DNA of 25,353 nucleotides from Candidatus Nezhaarchaeales archaeon. GTDB lineage: Archaea; Thermoproteota; Methanomethylicia; Nezhaarchaeales; B40-G2. The notes below the pieces were generated by a model. The model saw only the letters and a program-made list of their open reading frames with translations. It ran no database searches and was not told the DNA's origin. Below, one piece after another: positions 15,130 through 23,743 of the stretch (position 1 is its first letter; the number at the start of each line of letters is the position of its first letter). The stretch spans positions 1 through 25,353 of the forward strand of contig JAWAOK010000012.1 in the NCBI GenBank assembly GCA_038894875.1, written 5' to 3'. The position numbers and the translations under genes were made by a program.

Positions 15130-16266
15130 TTGTCGGGCCTTCTAAGGACCAACTTAGCTCAGCTGCTCCCGCCGGGGGACCCCTATCAGCTGCTCTTCTC
15201 ACTCATCTACCTCCTAGCTTTCATCATGCTGTTCATGTTCTTCAATCAGCACTTTCAGCGTATGTTGTGGACCAGGGACGTGGAGAAGGCCATCGCTAAG
15301 CTTGAACGCTACGCCAAGAACAGTAAGGAGACCCTCATTAAGTCTATAGTAGATCATGGGAAGCCGGACTTCGACCCCTCGAAGCTAGTGGACGACTTCC
15401 TCGACTTCTTCGTGATAGAGCCCGTCGACAAAGACCCCTACGGGGTATTGAAGAGACTAGAGCACCTACTGGACGTTGAACGCGATCGCTTTAGGTCCTT
15501 CGTTGCCCGCGTCGCGCCCAGGGCAGACTCCATATCGGCGGCCAACCTAGAGGACTTAGTGGCGGTCACTATGGCTTTGAACTCAATATACAAGGTCACT
15601 AAGCACTACTTAATCCTAAGCAAGAGGACCAAGAGCCTCCTAGTGTTGATGCAGATAGCGTACGCAATCCCACTAATAATGAGGTTGGCGGAGGCTTACT
15701 ACAATTCACTGGACGCATTCTCAACTGGGAAGCCCATCGGCGACTCAGCCGGCCCTATGGTAGCGGGGAGGTTCATGCTAGGCCATCCGTGCGTGAGGAT
15801 AGCTGAAGACATGGTGGCCTCTGAAGTAACCATCGAGGGGAGGAAGCTCATAGTGCTAAAGGCAGAGGGCCCGGGGGGCAAGGTCGGTAAGCCGGGGGAC
15901 GCCGTGGTGAAGGTGGTTGAGGAGTATCAGGATAAGGTGGCCAGGATAATAATGGTCGACGCGGCCCAGAAGCTCGAGGGCGAGCGCACGGGGCAGGTGG
16001 CAGAGGGCGTCGGCGCGGCCATAGGGGACCCGGGCCCTGAGAAGTACAAGATCGAGGAGGTAGCCACTAAGTACAAGATACCGCTAGACGCAATAGTCAT
16101 TAAGGAGTCTATAGAGGAGGCCGTGTCGACGATGAAGAAGGAGATAGTTGACGGTATAGAGGCGGCCGTAGAGAGGGTGAAGGAAATCATCAAGACTAGG
16201 ACTAAGGACGGAGACATAATCATATTAGCAGGAATAGGCAACACGATAGGCGTCGGGAATGGGTGA
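15130..16266 (+). CDS. Conserved archaeal membrane-anchored protein (DUF1512-like)
   Basis: 378 aa with an N-terminal hydrophobic helix (LLFSLIYLLAFIMLFMFF) and a soluble remainder. The size and layout resemble the archaeal DUF1512 family. This assignment is from memory, not a search. Confidence 0.55.
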   Translation: MSGLLRTNLAQLLPPGDPYQLLFSLIYLLAFIMLFMFFNQHFQRMLWTRDVEKAIAKLERYAKNSKETLIKSIVDHGKPDFDPSKLVDDFLDFFVIEPVDKDPYGVLKRLEHLLDVERDRFRSFVARVAPRADSISAANLEDLVAVTMALNSIYKVTKHYLILSKRTKSLLVLMQIAYAIPLIMRLAEAYYNSLDAFSTGKPIGDSAGPMVAGRFMLGHPCVRIAEDMVASEVTIEGRKLIVLKAEGPGGKVGKPGDAVVKVVEEYQDKVARIIMVDAAQKLEGERTGQVAEGVGAAIGDPGPEKYKIEEVATKYKIPLDAIVIKESIEEAVSTMKKEIVDGIEAAVERVKEIIKTRTKDGDIIILAGIGNTIGVGNG

Positions 16267-16622
16267 CTGAGGTGGCGAAGCCTCTAGTGCCCATCTTGGC
16301 CACCGTCTTAACGGCGCTAGCCCTCATCTTAATAGCCGCTAGCCTCGTCACGCAGCACGCGGAGGCCGCAGCGCCGCTCCTCCTCTTAATCCTAGTCGTA
16401 GCCTCCACTAGTTTGATGCTCATGGCGATGCAGCGCGGCCAGCCATCGAGACGCATCCCTAGCGTAGTTACTGTAATCAGCTGCATGGGCTGCGACTACC
16501 GCGAGGAGAGGGAGTTTAAGGTGGGAGACTTCGTCTTTAAGAGGCTGGATAGTTGCGCTAGGTGCGGCAAGGAGCTGTTCATATCGGCCATATATTCAGT
16601 CGCAAAGGCTAAGGAGAGCTAA
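16263..16622 (+). CDS. Small membrane protein with C-terminal CxxC...CxxC zinc ribbon
   Basis: GTG start overlaps the upstream stop (GTGA). Two hydrophobic helices are followed by CMGC-x21-CARC. Confidence 0.5.
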   Translation: MTEVAKPLVPILATVLTALALILIAASLVTQHAEAAAPLLLLILVVASTSLMLMAMQRGQPSRRIPSVVTVISCMGCDYREEREFKVGDFVFKRLDSCARCGKELFISAIYSVAKAKES

Positions 16623-16630
16623 AGACTGCC

Positions 16631-17527
16631 ATGGATGAGTACGAATTTAAGTGCTACGTGAGGGCGGGGAGGGCGGCGGCCAAGGCATTGGAGGAGGTCT
16701 GCCGCAGGCTACATGAAGACGTCCCAATAAAGGAGCTCTGCGAGCTAGCCGAGGCAATCGTTAGGAGGGAGGGGGCCCAGCCCGCCTTCCCATGTAACAT
16801 CTCAATTAACAACGTCGCGGCCCACTACACGGCCCTCGCGGACGAAGAGGAGGTCGTGCCCCGGGGCGCGGTCGTAAAGATAGATGTAGGGGCCCACGTA
16901 GATGGCTACATAGGCGACGTGGCCGCTACCGTAGCGCTCAATCCGGAGGCGGAGCCCCTCCTCAGGGCGGCTCGAGAGGCCCTGGCGAGGGCCATAGAGT
17001 TGATGAAGCCCGGCGTCCCCCTCTCTAGGGTGGGGTGGGCGATCGAGGCGACCATTAGGTCCTACGGCTTTAGGCCCATACATAACCTGACGGGCCACGG
17101 GCTCTCTAGGTACGTACTCCACACCGGTGTTGCCGTGCCCAACGTCAAGCAAGGCACAGGCATTGTCGAGGACGGGGGGGCCTACGCTATAGAGCCCTTC
17201 GCAACTAATGGGGAGGGCTACGTAATTGACGGCAGCAAGTCCACCATATTCAGTTACTCAGGGGCGGGGAAGGTCAGAGATAGGAGGGCTAAGAGGCTCC
17301 TTGAGGAGATTTGGAATAGATTCAAGACCCTCCCCTTCACCGAGCGCTGGCTCATTGACGGGTGGGAGCTGAGTGAAGTCAGGCCCCTCCTTAACGCGTT
17401 GGCCCAACGAGGGCCCCTCAACGCATACCCAGTCTTGCTGGAGAGGGGCGGGGGGCTAGTCAGTCAGTTTGAACATACCGTAGTCCTAATTGAAGGAGAG
17501 CCCGTGGTGACCACGCTCTATGGCTGA
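16631..17527 (+). CDS. map: Methionine aminopeptidase, type 2 (archaeal)
   Basis: M24 fold motifs: FPCNISINNVAAHY, KIDVGAHVDGYIGD, HNLTGHG, YAIEPFAT, FEHTVVL. Confidence 0.93.
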   Translation: MDEYEFKCYVRAGRAAAKALEEVCRRLHEDVPIKELCELAEAIVRREGAQPAFPCNISINNVAAHYTALADEEEVVPRGAVVKIDVGAHVDGYIGDVAATVALNPEAEPLLRAAREALARAIELMKPGVPLSRVGWAIEATIRSYGFRPIHNLTGHGLSRYVLHTGVAVPNVKQGTGIVEDGGAYAIEPFATNGEGYVIDGSKSTIFSYSGAGKVRDRRAKRLLEEIWNRFKTLPFTERWLIDGWELSEVRPLLNALAQRGPLNAYPVLLERGGGLVSQFEHTVVLIEGEPVVTTLYG

Positions 17528-18023
17528 AGCGAGCCACCGCCAATATAGGTATGGTAGAGTAGCCGTTGGAGGGACCTTCGACAGGCTGCACCAAGGCCAC
17601 AAGGCCTTGCTAGAGAAGGCGTTCAGCGTCGGCAGGGAGGTCCTCATAGGGGTGTCCTCAGATCAAATGGCTAAAAGTAAGCGGGCTTGCGGGGTGGCCA
17701 GCTTTGAGGAGAGAGTGGCCAGGCTAATTAACTTCATAAGGGAGAGGGGCTGGCTGGATCGCGCGTGCATCATGAAGATAGAGAGCCCCGAGGGCGTGCT
17801 CTTGGAGGACCCCTCTATAGAGGCGCTAGTTGTGAGTGAGGAGACGCTCGAGAGGGGGCTCGACATAAACCGCAGGCGAGCTGAGAGGGGGCTACCGCCC
17901 TATAAGTTGGAGGTAGTGAGCATGGTGCTCGCTGAGGACGGGAGGCCCATCTCCTCATCTAGGATCAGGGCCGGGGAGATAGATGAGGAGGGCAGGCTCA
18001 GGCGAAGCAGACCGAGTAAATGA
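17520..18023 (+). CDS. coaD: Archaeal-type phosphopantetheine adenylyltransferase (cytidylyltransferase fold)
   Basis: VAVGGTFDRLHQGHKALL (HxGH nucleotidyltransferase motif) and C-terminal SSSRIR. About 160 aa. ATG overlaps the map stop (ATGGCTGA). Confidence 0.78.
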   Translation: MAEASHRQYRYGRVAVGGTFDRLHQGHKALLEKAFSVGREVLIGVSSDQMAKSKRACGVASFEERVARLINFIRERGWLDRACIMKIESPEGVLLEDPSIEALVVSEETLERGLDINRRRAERGLPPYKLEVVSMVLAEDGRPISSSRIRAGEIDEEGRLRRSRPSK

Positions 18024-18723
18024 GCGAAGACAAGAGGAGGAGCGCTGAGCTTGCCAAGCAGACGTAGTCACGGCCCTTGAGCCTGAGCTCGAAGAGCCAC
18101 GTCCTATTCTTTGAGGCTCCAAAGCACCTGCTCTCCATGGCCTCTGCCACTCGCTCGCACCTCCTCATGGCTGAGACGACTAATGGGATTAGTACGGGGA
18201 CCGCGTTCCTCACCCTCCTCAAGAGCCCCGCCTCAAGGTTGAGCCCCCTCGCTCGCTGAGCCTCCATGATCACTTGGGCCTCGCGTGCTAGCGTTGGGAC
18301 GAACCTTATGGACATGGAGAGCTCCAAGGCTAAGTCGTGGGGCAGCTTGAGCTTTACTAAGGCCAGCGACAGCTCATCTGGGCTAGTGGTTAAGAAGAAC
18401 AGAGAGGACGAGGCCGCGAGGGTAATTAGCAACAGCACCATGGAGGCGGCGAAGAGGGGGCCGGCGGTCCATAAGTTAACTAGCAGAACGATTAGCGCTA
18501 AGGCGGACAGCCCGCGTAAGGCCATGAGCCATTGCCTGAGGCTACCGCTAAGGGCTAGCAGGGCCAGCGACAGCGCAGCCAGTAGTACCGAGGCCTCTAG
18601 CCTGCCGCGCAGGAGTATGGCCGAGGCGATCATCGAGGCGGCCAGTGCCATCTTCGACCTCGGGTCCAGTTTGTGTAGGGGGCTTGAGCCCCGGCTATAG
18701 GAGAAGGCCTGAAGGAAGCTCAA
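17998..18723 (-). CDS. ecfT: ECF transporter transmembrane T component (EcfT/CbiQ)
   Basis: Polytopic membrane protein with SPLHKLDPRSK and IRFVPTLAREAQVIMEAQRARG signatures. Its 3' end overlaps coaD convergently by 26 nt. Confidence 0.88.
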   Translation of the reverse strand: MSFLQAFSYSRGSSPLHKLDPRSKMALAASMIASAILLRGRLEASVLLAALSLALLALSGSLRQWLMALRGLSALALIVLLVNLWTAGPLFAASMVLLLITLAASSSLFFLTTSPDELSLALVKLKLPHDLALELSMSIRFVPTLAREAQVIMEAQRARGLNLEAGLLRRVRNAVPVLIPLVVSAMRRCERVAEAMESRCFGASKNRTWLFELRLKGRDYVCLASSALLLLSSLIYSVCFA

Positions 18724-18726
18724 CTG

Positions 18727-19551
18727 CTAAGCCCCTAGTACGTCGTCGACCAGCTTAGAAACGTCGCGGTAGAGCTTGACTTCCTTAAGAAGCCCCCGCC
18801 TGACTAGCGCCTTGACAACCTCCACCGAGGCGGGTGGCCTGAGCGCGGACCTCAGTAACACGTCCTCGTTAACTAGGACCTCCTCGGCTGGCCCGTCGGC
18901 CACCACCCTACCCTTTGACATAACGATAACCCTGTCCACGTAGTCAGCGACAAACTCTATGTCGTGAGTTATTACGACCACCGTCCTCCCCTCCTTGACA
19001 AGATCCACCATTAACGACGCCAGCCTCCTCTTCTGAATCGCATCCTGGCCTACGGTTGGCTCGTCGAGGATTAGCAGGCCTGGGTCATGGCTTAAGATGG
19101 ACGCCAAGGCCACCCTGCGCCTCTCTCCGCTACTTAGGGTCAGGGGCGAGCGGGCCCTCAGCTCCGCAACGCCCAGCTTAGTTAAGGCGGCCTCTACCTT
19201 GCGCGCAGCCTCCTCCCTAGGCACGCCGAGGTTCTTGAGCACGAATTCGACCTCCCTCTCCACAGTCTCTGAGAAGAGCTGATGGTCCGGGTTCTGGAAG
19301 GCGAAGCCCACGTACTTAGCCAGCTCGTGAGCCCTGGCCCTAGAGGCGTCCATTCCGAAGACCTCCACCCTCCCTCGCTGCGGTCTAAGCAGGCCTATGA
19401 AGTGCTTAGCTAACGTCGTCTTCCCAGCCCCGTTCTCACCGACTATGGCGACGAGCTCCCCCCTACCTATCTTCAGGCTGACCCCCCTCAGGGCGGGCTC
19501 TGAGCAGCCGGGGTAGAAGTACCAGAGGTCCTCAACGACTACTGCGCTCAA
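18727..19551 (-). CDS. ecfA: ECF transporter ATPase (EcfA/CbiO family), downstream copy
   Basis: Walker A GENGAGKTT, signature LSSGERRRV, Walker B LLILDEPT, H-loop ITHD. Confidence 0.92.
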   Translation of the reverse strand: MSAVVVEDLWYFYPGCSEPALRGVSLKIGRGELVAIVGENGAGKTTLAKHFIGLLRPQRGRVEVFGMDASRARAHELAKYVGFAFQNPDHQLFSETVEREVEFVLKNLGVPREEAARKVEAALTKLGVAELRARSPLTLSSGERRRVALASILSHDPGLLILDEPTVGQDAIQKRRLASLMVDLVKEGRTVVVITHDIEFVADYVDRVIVMSKGRVVADGPAEEVLVNEDVLLRSALRPPASVEVVKALVRRGLLKEVKLYRDVSKLVDDVLGA

Positions 19552-19570
19552 GGGCCTCAGCCATCCCCTC
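19467..19570. repeat. 104-bp direct repeat, copy 1
   Basis: Identical base for base to 20299-20402. The flanking bases differ (19466 c vs 20298 t; 19571 g vs 20403 a). Confidence 0.97.
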
Positions 19571-20383
19571 GGCCAACTCCTCAGGGGTGAGGGGGACCTT
19601 AGGTAGCTTGAGCCCCCTGGCCGCCAGCTCGCGATACACCTTAACTGGCTTGGGCACCGCCACCCCCAGCCTCTCAGCCTCCTCAGAGGCCAGAACCTCG
19701 CGAGGGTCCCCGGCTAAGACCGCCCTCCCTCCGTCCATGAGCACGACTAGATCGACCAACCGCGCGACTGCGTCGAGGCGGTGCTCAACTAAGATTATCG
19801 TCAACCCCTCTTGATTTAGATCGGCCAGCGTGTTGAGGAAGTCGTGGGCACTGGCGGGGTCTAGATTAGAGGTGGGCTCGTCGAGCACGAGGACCCTCGG
19901 CTTCAGGGCCAGCGCCGCCGCCAGAGCCACCTTCTGCTGTTCCCCACCCGAGAGTTCAAGCGGGGACCGGTCTCTAAGGCTCGAGATCCTCAGGGCGGCG
20001 AGGGCCTCCTCAACCCTCCTCCTCACCTCCTCCCTGGGCAAGCCCAGGTTCTCAGGGCCGAAGGCGACCTCCCTCTCTACTGATAGACACACTAGCTGGT
20101 CCTCGGGCTCCTGGAACACCATCCCAACCCGCCTGGCTAGCTCGTGCACTGGCCTTGAGAGCACATCAACCCCGTCCACCACTACCCTGCCGCTCAAGCG
20201 GCCACCGTAGAAGTGGGGGATGAGGCCGTTGAAGCACCTGCAGAGCGTAGTCTTCCCGCACCCACTGGGCCCGGCGATTAGCACAAAGTCGCCCGCGTCT
20301 ATCTTCAGGCTGACCCCCCTCAGGGCGGGCTCTGAGCAGCCGGGGTAGAAGTACCAGAGGTCCTCAACGACTACTGCGCTCAA
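19532..20383 (-). CDS. ecfA: ECF transporter ATPase (EcfA/CbiO family), upstream copy
   Basis: Walker A GPSGCGKTT, signature LSGGEQQKV, Walker B VLVLDEPT, H-loop VEHR. Overlaps the downstream ATPase by 20 nt. Confidence 0.92.
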   Translation of the reverse strand: MSAVVVEDLWYFYPGCSEPALRGVSLKIDAGDFVLIAGPSGCGKTTLCRCFNGLIPHFYGGRLSGRVVVDGVDVLSRPVHELARRVGMVFQEPEDQLVCLSVEREVAFGPENLGLPREEVRRRVEEALAALRISSLRDRSPLELSGGEQQKVALAAALALKPRVLVLDEPTSNLDPASAHDFLNTLADLNQEGLTIILVEHRLDAVARLVDLVVLMDGGRAVLAGDPREVLASEEAERLGVAVPKPVKVYRELAARGLKLPKVPLTPEELAEGMAEALERSSR

Positions 20384-20402
20384 GGGCCTCAGCCATCCCC
20401 TC
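20299..20402. repeat. 104-bp direct repeat, copy 2
   Basis: Identical to 19467-19570, with copy starts 832 bp apart. Confidence 0.97.
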
Positions 20403-20591
20403 AGTTGGCGCCCTCAGCCCCCTTTTAGAGAGCTCCTCGTCGGCCTTCCTGAATGCCTCAGCTACTGCCTCCTCAATTAAGGCCCTGACGTCGCACTTAA
20501 CTCCTGGGTGCGCGTCTACCTCAGCCTCTATCGTTAAGCGGGCCCCCTCCTCCCCCCTCTCGGCGCTTATCGTTATAGATAGGTCCCTCAA
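20364..20591 (-). CDS. Small acidic hypothetical protein downstream of prefoldin beta (start uncertain)
   Basis: 75 aa from TTG at 20591. The frame is open for a further 33 codons back to the pfdB stop, and that stretch reads like protein. The last 12 codons lie inside the 104-bp repeat. Confidence 0.4.
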   Translation of the reverse strand: MRDLSITISAERGEEGARLTIEAEVDAHPGVKCDVRALIEEAVAEAFRKADEELSKRGLRAPTEGMAEALERSSR

Positions 20592-20690
20592 CCCCCCTCT
20601 CGGCAGGGCCCCCTCTACCTTCTTCTTAATGACCCTCTCTAGCTCAGCGACTAAGCCCTCCCAAAAGTCTTCAGGCTCGTGTGGGAAAGC

Positions 20691-21056
20691 TCACGGGCTA
20701 GTCACCCCCATCGCTGAAAGTGACTGCGCTATCTTTTGCCTAAGTTCCTCCACTTGCTTCCTGGCCAGGCTCTCTTGCCTCTCCAAGGTCTTTATGTGTA
20801 GCTCCAAGGTCTCCTTCCTATCCTGCAGCTCAGACATGGTCTTATTTCGATCGGCCAAGAAGAGGAGGGAGCCAACGGTCTTATAGACCGGCGCATCCGG
20901 GCTGAGCTTCTCAAGCTCCTCCAGGGCCCTCTGGACTTCGCGCAGTTCGAGTTCGAACTGCTGCCTCCTGATGACTAGGGCCCTCAGCCTCTCCTGACTC
21001 TCCTGAAGCTGGAGCAGCTTATTCTGTATCTCAGGAGGGAGCTGGGCCTCAGTCAT
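20691..21056 (-). CDS. pfdB: Prefoldin beta subunit
   Basis: 121 aa with a coiled-coil/beta-hairpin/coiled-coil pattern (QNKLLQLQESQERLRAL ... PVYKTVGSLLF ... ELHIKTLERQE). ATG start. Confidence 0.88.
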   Translation of the reverse strand: MTEAQLPPEIQNKLLQLQESQERLRALVIRRQQFELELREVQRALEELEKLSPDAPVYKTVGSLLFLADRNKTMSELQDRKETLELHIKTLERQESLARKQVEELRQKIAQSLSAMGVTSP

Positions 21057-21081
21057 ACGCAGCTAGATGCAAAGCCGTGCC

Positions 21082-21094
21082 TCATAAATAGTTT
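21082..21094 (-). promoter_or_regulatory. TATA-like box upstream of pfdB
   Basis: On the minus strand this reads AAACTATTTATGA, centred about 32 nt upstream of the pfdB ATG, which implies a very short leader. Confidence 0.35.
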
Positions 21095-21104
21095 ACCTAA
21101 CTTC

Positions 21105-21365
21105 CTATTGCCTTACCCTGGCCGACGAGACCCACGCTGCCAGCTCGCTAAATGAGTGCAGCCACCGGAGGTACGAGTTGAGCGCAGCCCTAAGCTTGCT
21201 AAAGCTCGAGGCCTCGATGACTATCCTCACCCTATCTCCATCGATGCTTATGTCCGCCGCCAGCCCCCTCAAAGACATGGTCACCACCTCTGGCTTGAGG
21301 GAGGCGTATAGCGCCTTAGCCTCCTCAGCAGAGAGGGCCTCTACCTCTATCACGGCCCTGTGCAC
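21105..21365 (-). CDS. pcc1: KEOPS complex subunit Pcc1
   Basis: 86 aa. The pattern EEAKALYASLKPE ... RVRIVIEASSFSKLRAALNSYLRWL is typical of Pcc1/CTAG. Its position between Brix and prefoldin beta matches the archaeal superoperon. Confidence 0.75.
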   Translation of the reverse strand: MHRAVIEVEALSAEEAKALYASLKPEVVTMSLRGLAADISIDGDRVRIVIEASSFSKLRAALNSYLRWLHSFSELAAWVSSARVRQ

Positions 21366-21366
21366 T

Positions 21367-21903
21367 TCAGCCCACCGCTTTTAAAATCCTCTTCACCCTA
21401 ATTAGGGGGCCCACGGGCTTGTGGCTGCTTAGACTTAGGAAGTTTATTGCCCCCAGGTACCCCCTCCTTGGCGAGATTATCATTGCGCTGGCGTACTCAG
21501 ATGGAGAGGGCCTCCCCTTAACTAGTGGGAGGCTCAAGGCCTCCGCCATCACCCTGCCGAGCAGCTCCAAGTCCCCCTCCGCTTCTACGGCTACAGCAGC
21601 CCTCTTCATCCGTTGAGGAGCCACCCCCATTTCCCTAGCCAACTTAGTGCCTAAGCAAACTATGGAGGCCACTAGCTTGCCATCCTCGGCGCGGTACAAG
21701 TCCAGCCTACCTGGGTTCCCCTTCCTGACGTTAACTATTAACGAGTGCGACATGCCCCTAGCCGAGGCCTCCAGCATCACTTCGCTAAGGCACTTCTTCC
21801 CTCGATTGACATACACCGAGCCCGGGAGCACGGCCGAGAGCTCCTTACAAAAGCTCCTGACCCTCCTGGTCGGGCGGTGGGAGGTCGTTATGAGGATCGC
21901 CAT
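21367..21903 (-). CDS. Brix-domain (Imp4-like) ribosome biogenesis protein
   Basis: ILITTSHRPTRRVRSFCKEL N-terminus, about 180 aa, in the conserved position after L37ae. Confidence 0.85.
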   Translation of the reverse strand: MAILITTSHRPTRRVRSFCKELSAVLPGSVYVNRGKKCLSEVMLEASARGMSHSLIVNVRKGNPGRLDLYRAEDGKLVASIVCLGTKLAREMGVAPQRMKRAAVAVEAEGDLELLGRVMAEALSLPLVKGRPSPSEYASAMIISPRRGYLGAINFLSLSSHKPVGPLIRVKRILKAVG

Positions 21904-21912
21904 GGCCTCCCT

Positions 21913-22143
21913 TCAACCGCGCTCGCTGAAGGGCGTGTAGGCGCCTCCAGCGAACACCTTCCCGCACTTGCGGCAGGACCATATGCCGACGGCCTTGCGC
22001 CTAACCGACCCTACTGTTAGGCAGAACGGACACCTATGCCTAGACCTAAGCTTCTGCTCTATTTCTCGAACCCTCTTCCTGAGGGTGGAGCCGTAGCGGG
22101 CCCCGAAGCGAGCAGTCGACTTTGTGACCTTGGTCCTAGCCAC
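21913..22143 (-). CDS. rpl37ae: 50S ribosomal protein L37Ae (eL43)
   Basis: GTG start. ARFGARYGSTLRK and the zinc ribbon CPFC...CRKC. Confidence 0.92.
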   Translation of the reverse strand: MARTKVTKSTARFGARYGSTLRKRVREIEQKLRSRHRCPFCLTVGSVRRKAVGIWSCRKCGKVFAGGAYTPFSERG

Positions 22144-22936
22144 CCCTCCCGCCCCACCTATCGAGATGCTTCCTAAGCTCCTCTGCCTTACTTATGGCTA
22201 TCTTAAGGGCCCTGTGGACCTCCTCAACCTCAAACGACCCCTCCCCTCCCTTCTGAATAGCGCATATCTTGCCCGACACTACTGATACCGAGAGCCTAGC
22301 GTCGGAGACCTCCTCCTCGTCTAGGGTGGGGTCCACTACTAGCCAATCCCCCACCTTAGAGATAGTGACTGTAACTGGCGGCTCGGCCAGCGGCGGGCTG
22401 ACTCTATTGTCGAAGTTAACCCTCACCTCCCCCTCCTTCACCTCAGCCGTCGGCATCTTAGACGTGAGGAGGGCCAGCGAAGCCGCGAGCGCCGAGGCGT
22501 CTATGAGGTTTCCGCCATGATTCAGTATGTACATGTCCACCCAAGCAATCCAGACGCTCCTTCCGGGGATGAGGCACATCTTGCCTAGGTCTATGGACCC
22601 CGCCCTCCTAAGCCCCCGATCTATTATCCTGGCCAGCTCAACGGCGTTCTCGTCCGGCGGGCCAGACTCGAAGGTGGGTGAGGCCAGGGGCAGGAACTCG
22701 GCATTGACCGCCAAGACCCCCAAGTCGGGCGCGTCGGGGAAGGGCTGCCCCACCTCGTACTTGACCCCAGCTAGCACGACGGTATCCCCGATGCTGACCT
22801 TGGCAGACCCGTCGGCCCTCCCTATGACCCCCACCTCTACGTTAATTGGCCTGTAGTCTTCAAGGCCCCTGCCGTCCACCCTTCGCCCGCTGCTTAGGAG
22901 GCTAAGTATCCGCGCCCTCTTTATCTTCGATACCAA
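22136..22936 (-). CDS. rrp42: Exosome complex component Rrp42 (RNase PH-like, inactive subunit)
   Basis: RVDGRGLEDYRP, RNase PH fold, TTG start, position after rrp41. Confidence 0.9.
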   Translation of the reverse strand: MVSKIKRARILSLLSSGRRVDGRGLEDYRPINVEVGVIGRADGSAKVSIGDTVVLAGVKYEVGQPFPDAPDLGVLAVNAEFLPLASPTFESGPPDENAVELARIIDRGLRRAGSIDLGKMCLIPGRSVWIAWVDMYILNHGGNLIDASALAASLALLTSKMPTAEVKEGEVRVNFDNRVSPPLAEPPVTVTISKVGDWLVVDPTLDEEEVSDARLSVSVVSGKICAIQKGGEGSFEVEEVHRALKIAISKAEELRKHLDRWGGRGG

Positions 22937-22937
22937 G

Positions 22938-23672
22938 CTAGTCCGCCCCGATGGCCTTTCTGAGGGCCAGGTAGCGCTGCTTTAAGGCCTCCTTCTGAGC
23001 CTCGTATATCTTCCCGCAGACGGCCATTGCCATGTCTATGGCCTTGGCTACCTCCTCGTAAGTGAGGAGCCCGTCTAGCTGGAGGAGCGTTATCTTGCGC
23101 CTCCCATACATAATTGCGAAGGGCATGTCTGCTTCGCTGTTCTTATCCTCCAGGTCCGTGGGATCGACAACTAGTACGTTATCCACCTTCCCAACGGCAC
23201 AGGCGGCGACTAGGTCCCTCATGGGTATCCCCGCATCGGAGAGGGCGAGGGAGGCGGCGTTAATGCCAGCGCACCTCGTGCTGCCGTCGGCCTCGAGCAC
23301 CTCAATAAACACGTCGATCGCAGTGTACGGGAACTGCTCTAATATGACGGCCTGGGATAGAGACTCGCGTATCACCTTAGACAGCTCGATCTCCCTTCGA
23401 GAGGGCGCCGGCGATTTACGGACCTCAACCGAGAAGGGGGCCATGTGGTACCTACACCTAATCCTAGCCCTGTCCGGGTACGCTAGGTGCTTCGGGTGGA
23501 CGTCCCTGGGCCCATAGACTGCAGCCAGGACCTTCGTATTTCCTTGCTCTACATAGGCCGATCCGTTGGCGTTCTTTAGGACGCCGACGTACATCTTAAT
23601 GGCCCTGGCCTCCTCTGGCCTCCTTCCGTCGTGCCGTATGCCGTCCTCACTTATTAAGCGCATCCTTGACAT
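22938..23672 (-). CDS. rrp41: Exosome complex exonuclease Rrp41 (RNase PH-like)
   Basis: [39 protein letters not shown] and [23 protein letters not shown] motifs. Confidence 0.93.
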   Translation of the reverse strand: MSRMRLISEDGIRHDGRRPEEARAIKMYVGVLKNANGSAYVEQGNTKVLAAVYGPRDVHPKHLAYPDRARIRCRYHMAPFSVEVRKSPAPSRREIELSKVIRESLSQAVILEQFPYTAIDVFIEVLEADGSTRCAGINAASLALSDAGIPMRDLVAACAVGKVDNVLVVDPTDLEDKNSEADMPFAIMYGRRKITLLQLDGLLTYEEVAKAIDMAMAVCGKIYEAQKEALKQRYLALRKAIGAD

Positions 23673-23743
23673 GTAACGGCACCGCAGCCATAGGCTGTAG
23701 GCGGGAGGCTGGCCATCTTAAAAACCTTCCCGCTCTTTAAGGC

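Noticed and set aside
19467-20402. The 104-bp direct repeats as ends of a mobile element or as CRISPR-like repeats
   Set aside because: Only two copies, and both lie inside paralogous ABC ATPase genes. There is no transposase, no inverted termini and no spacer-repeat periodicity. Gene conversion or duplication explains them better.
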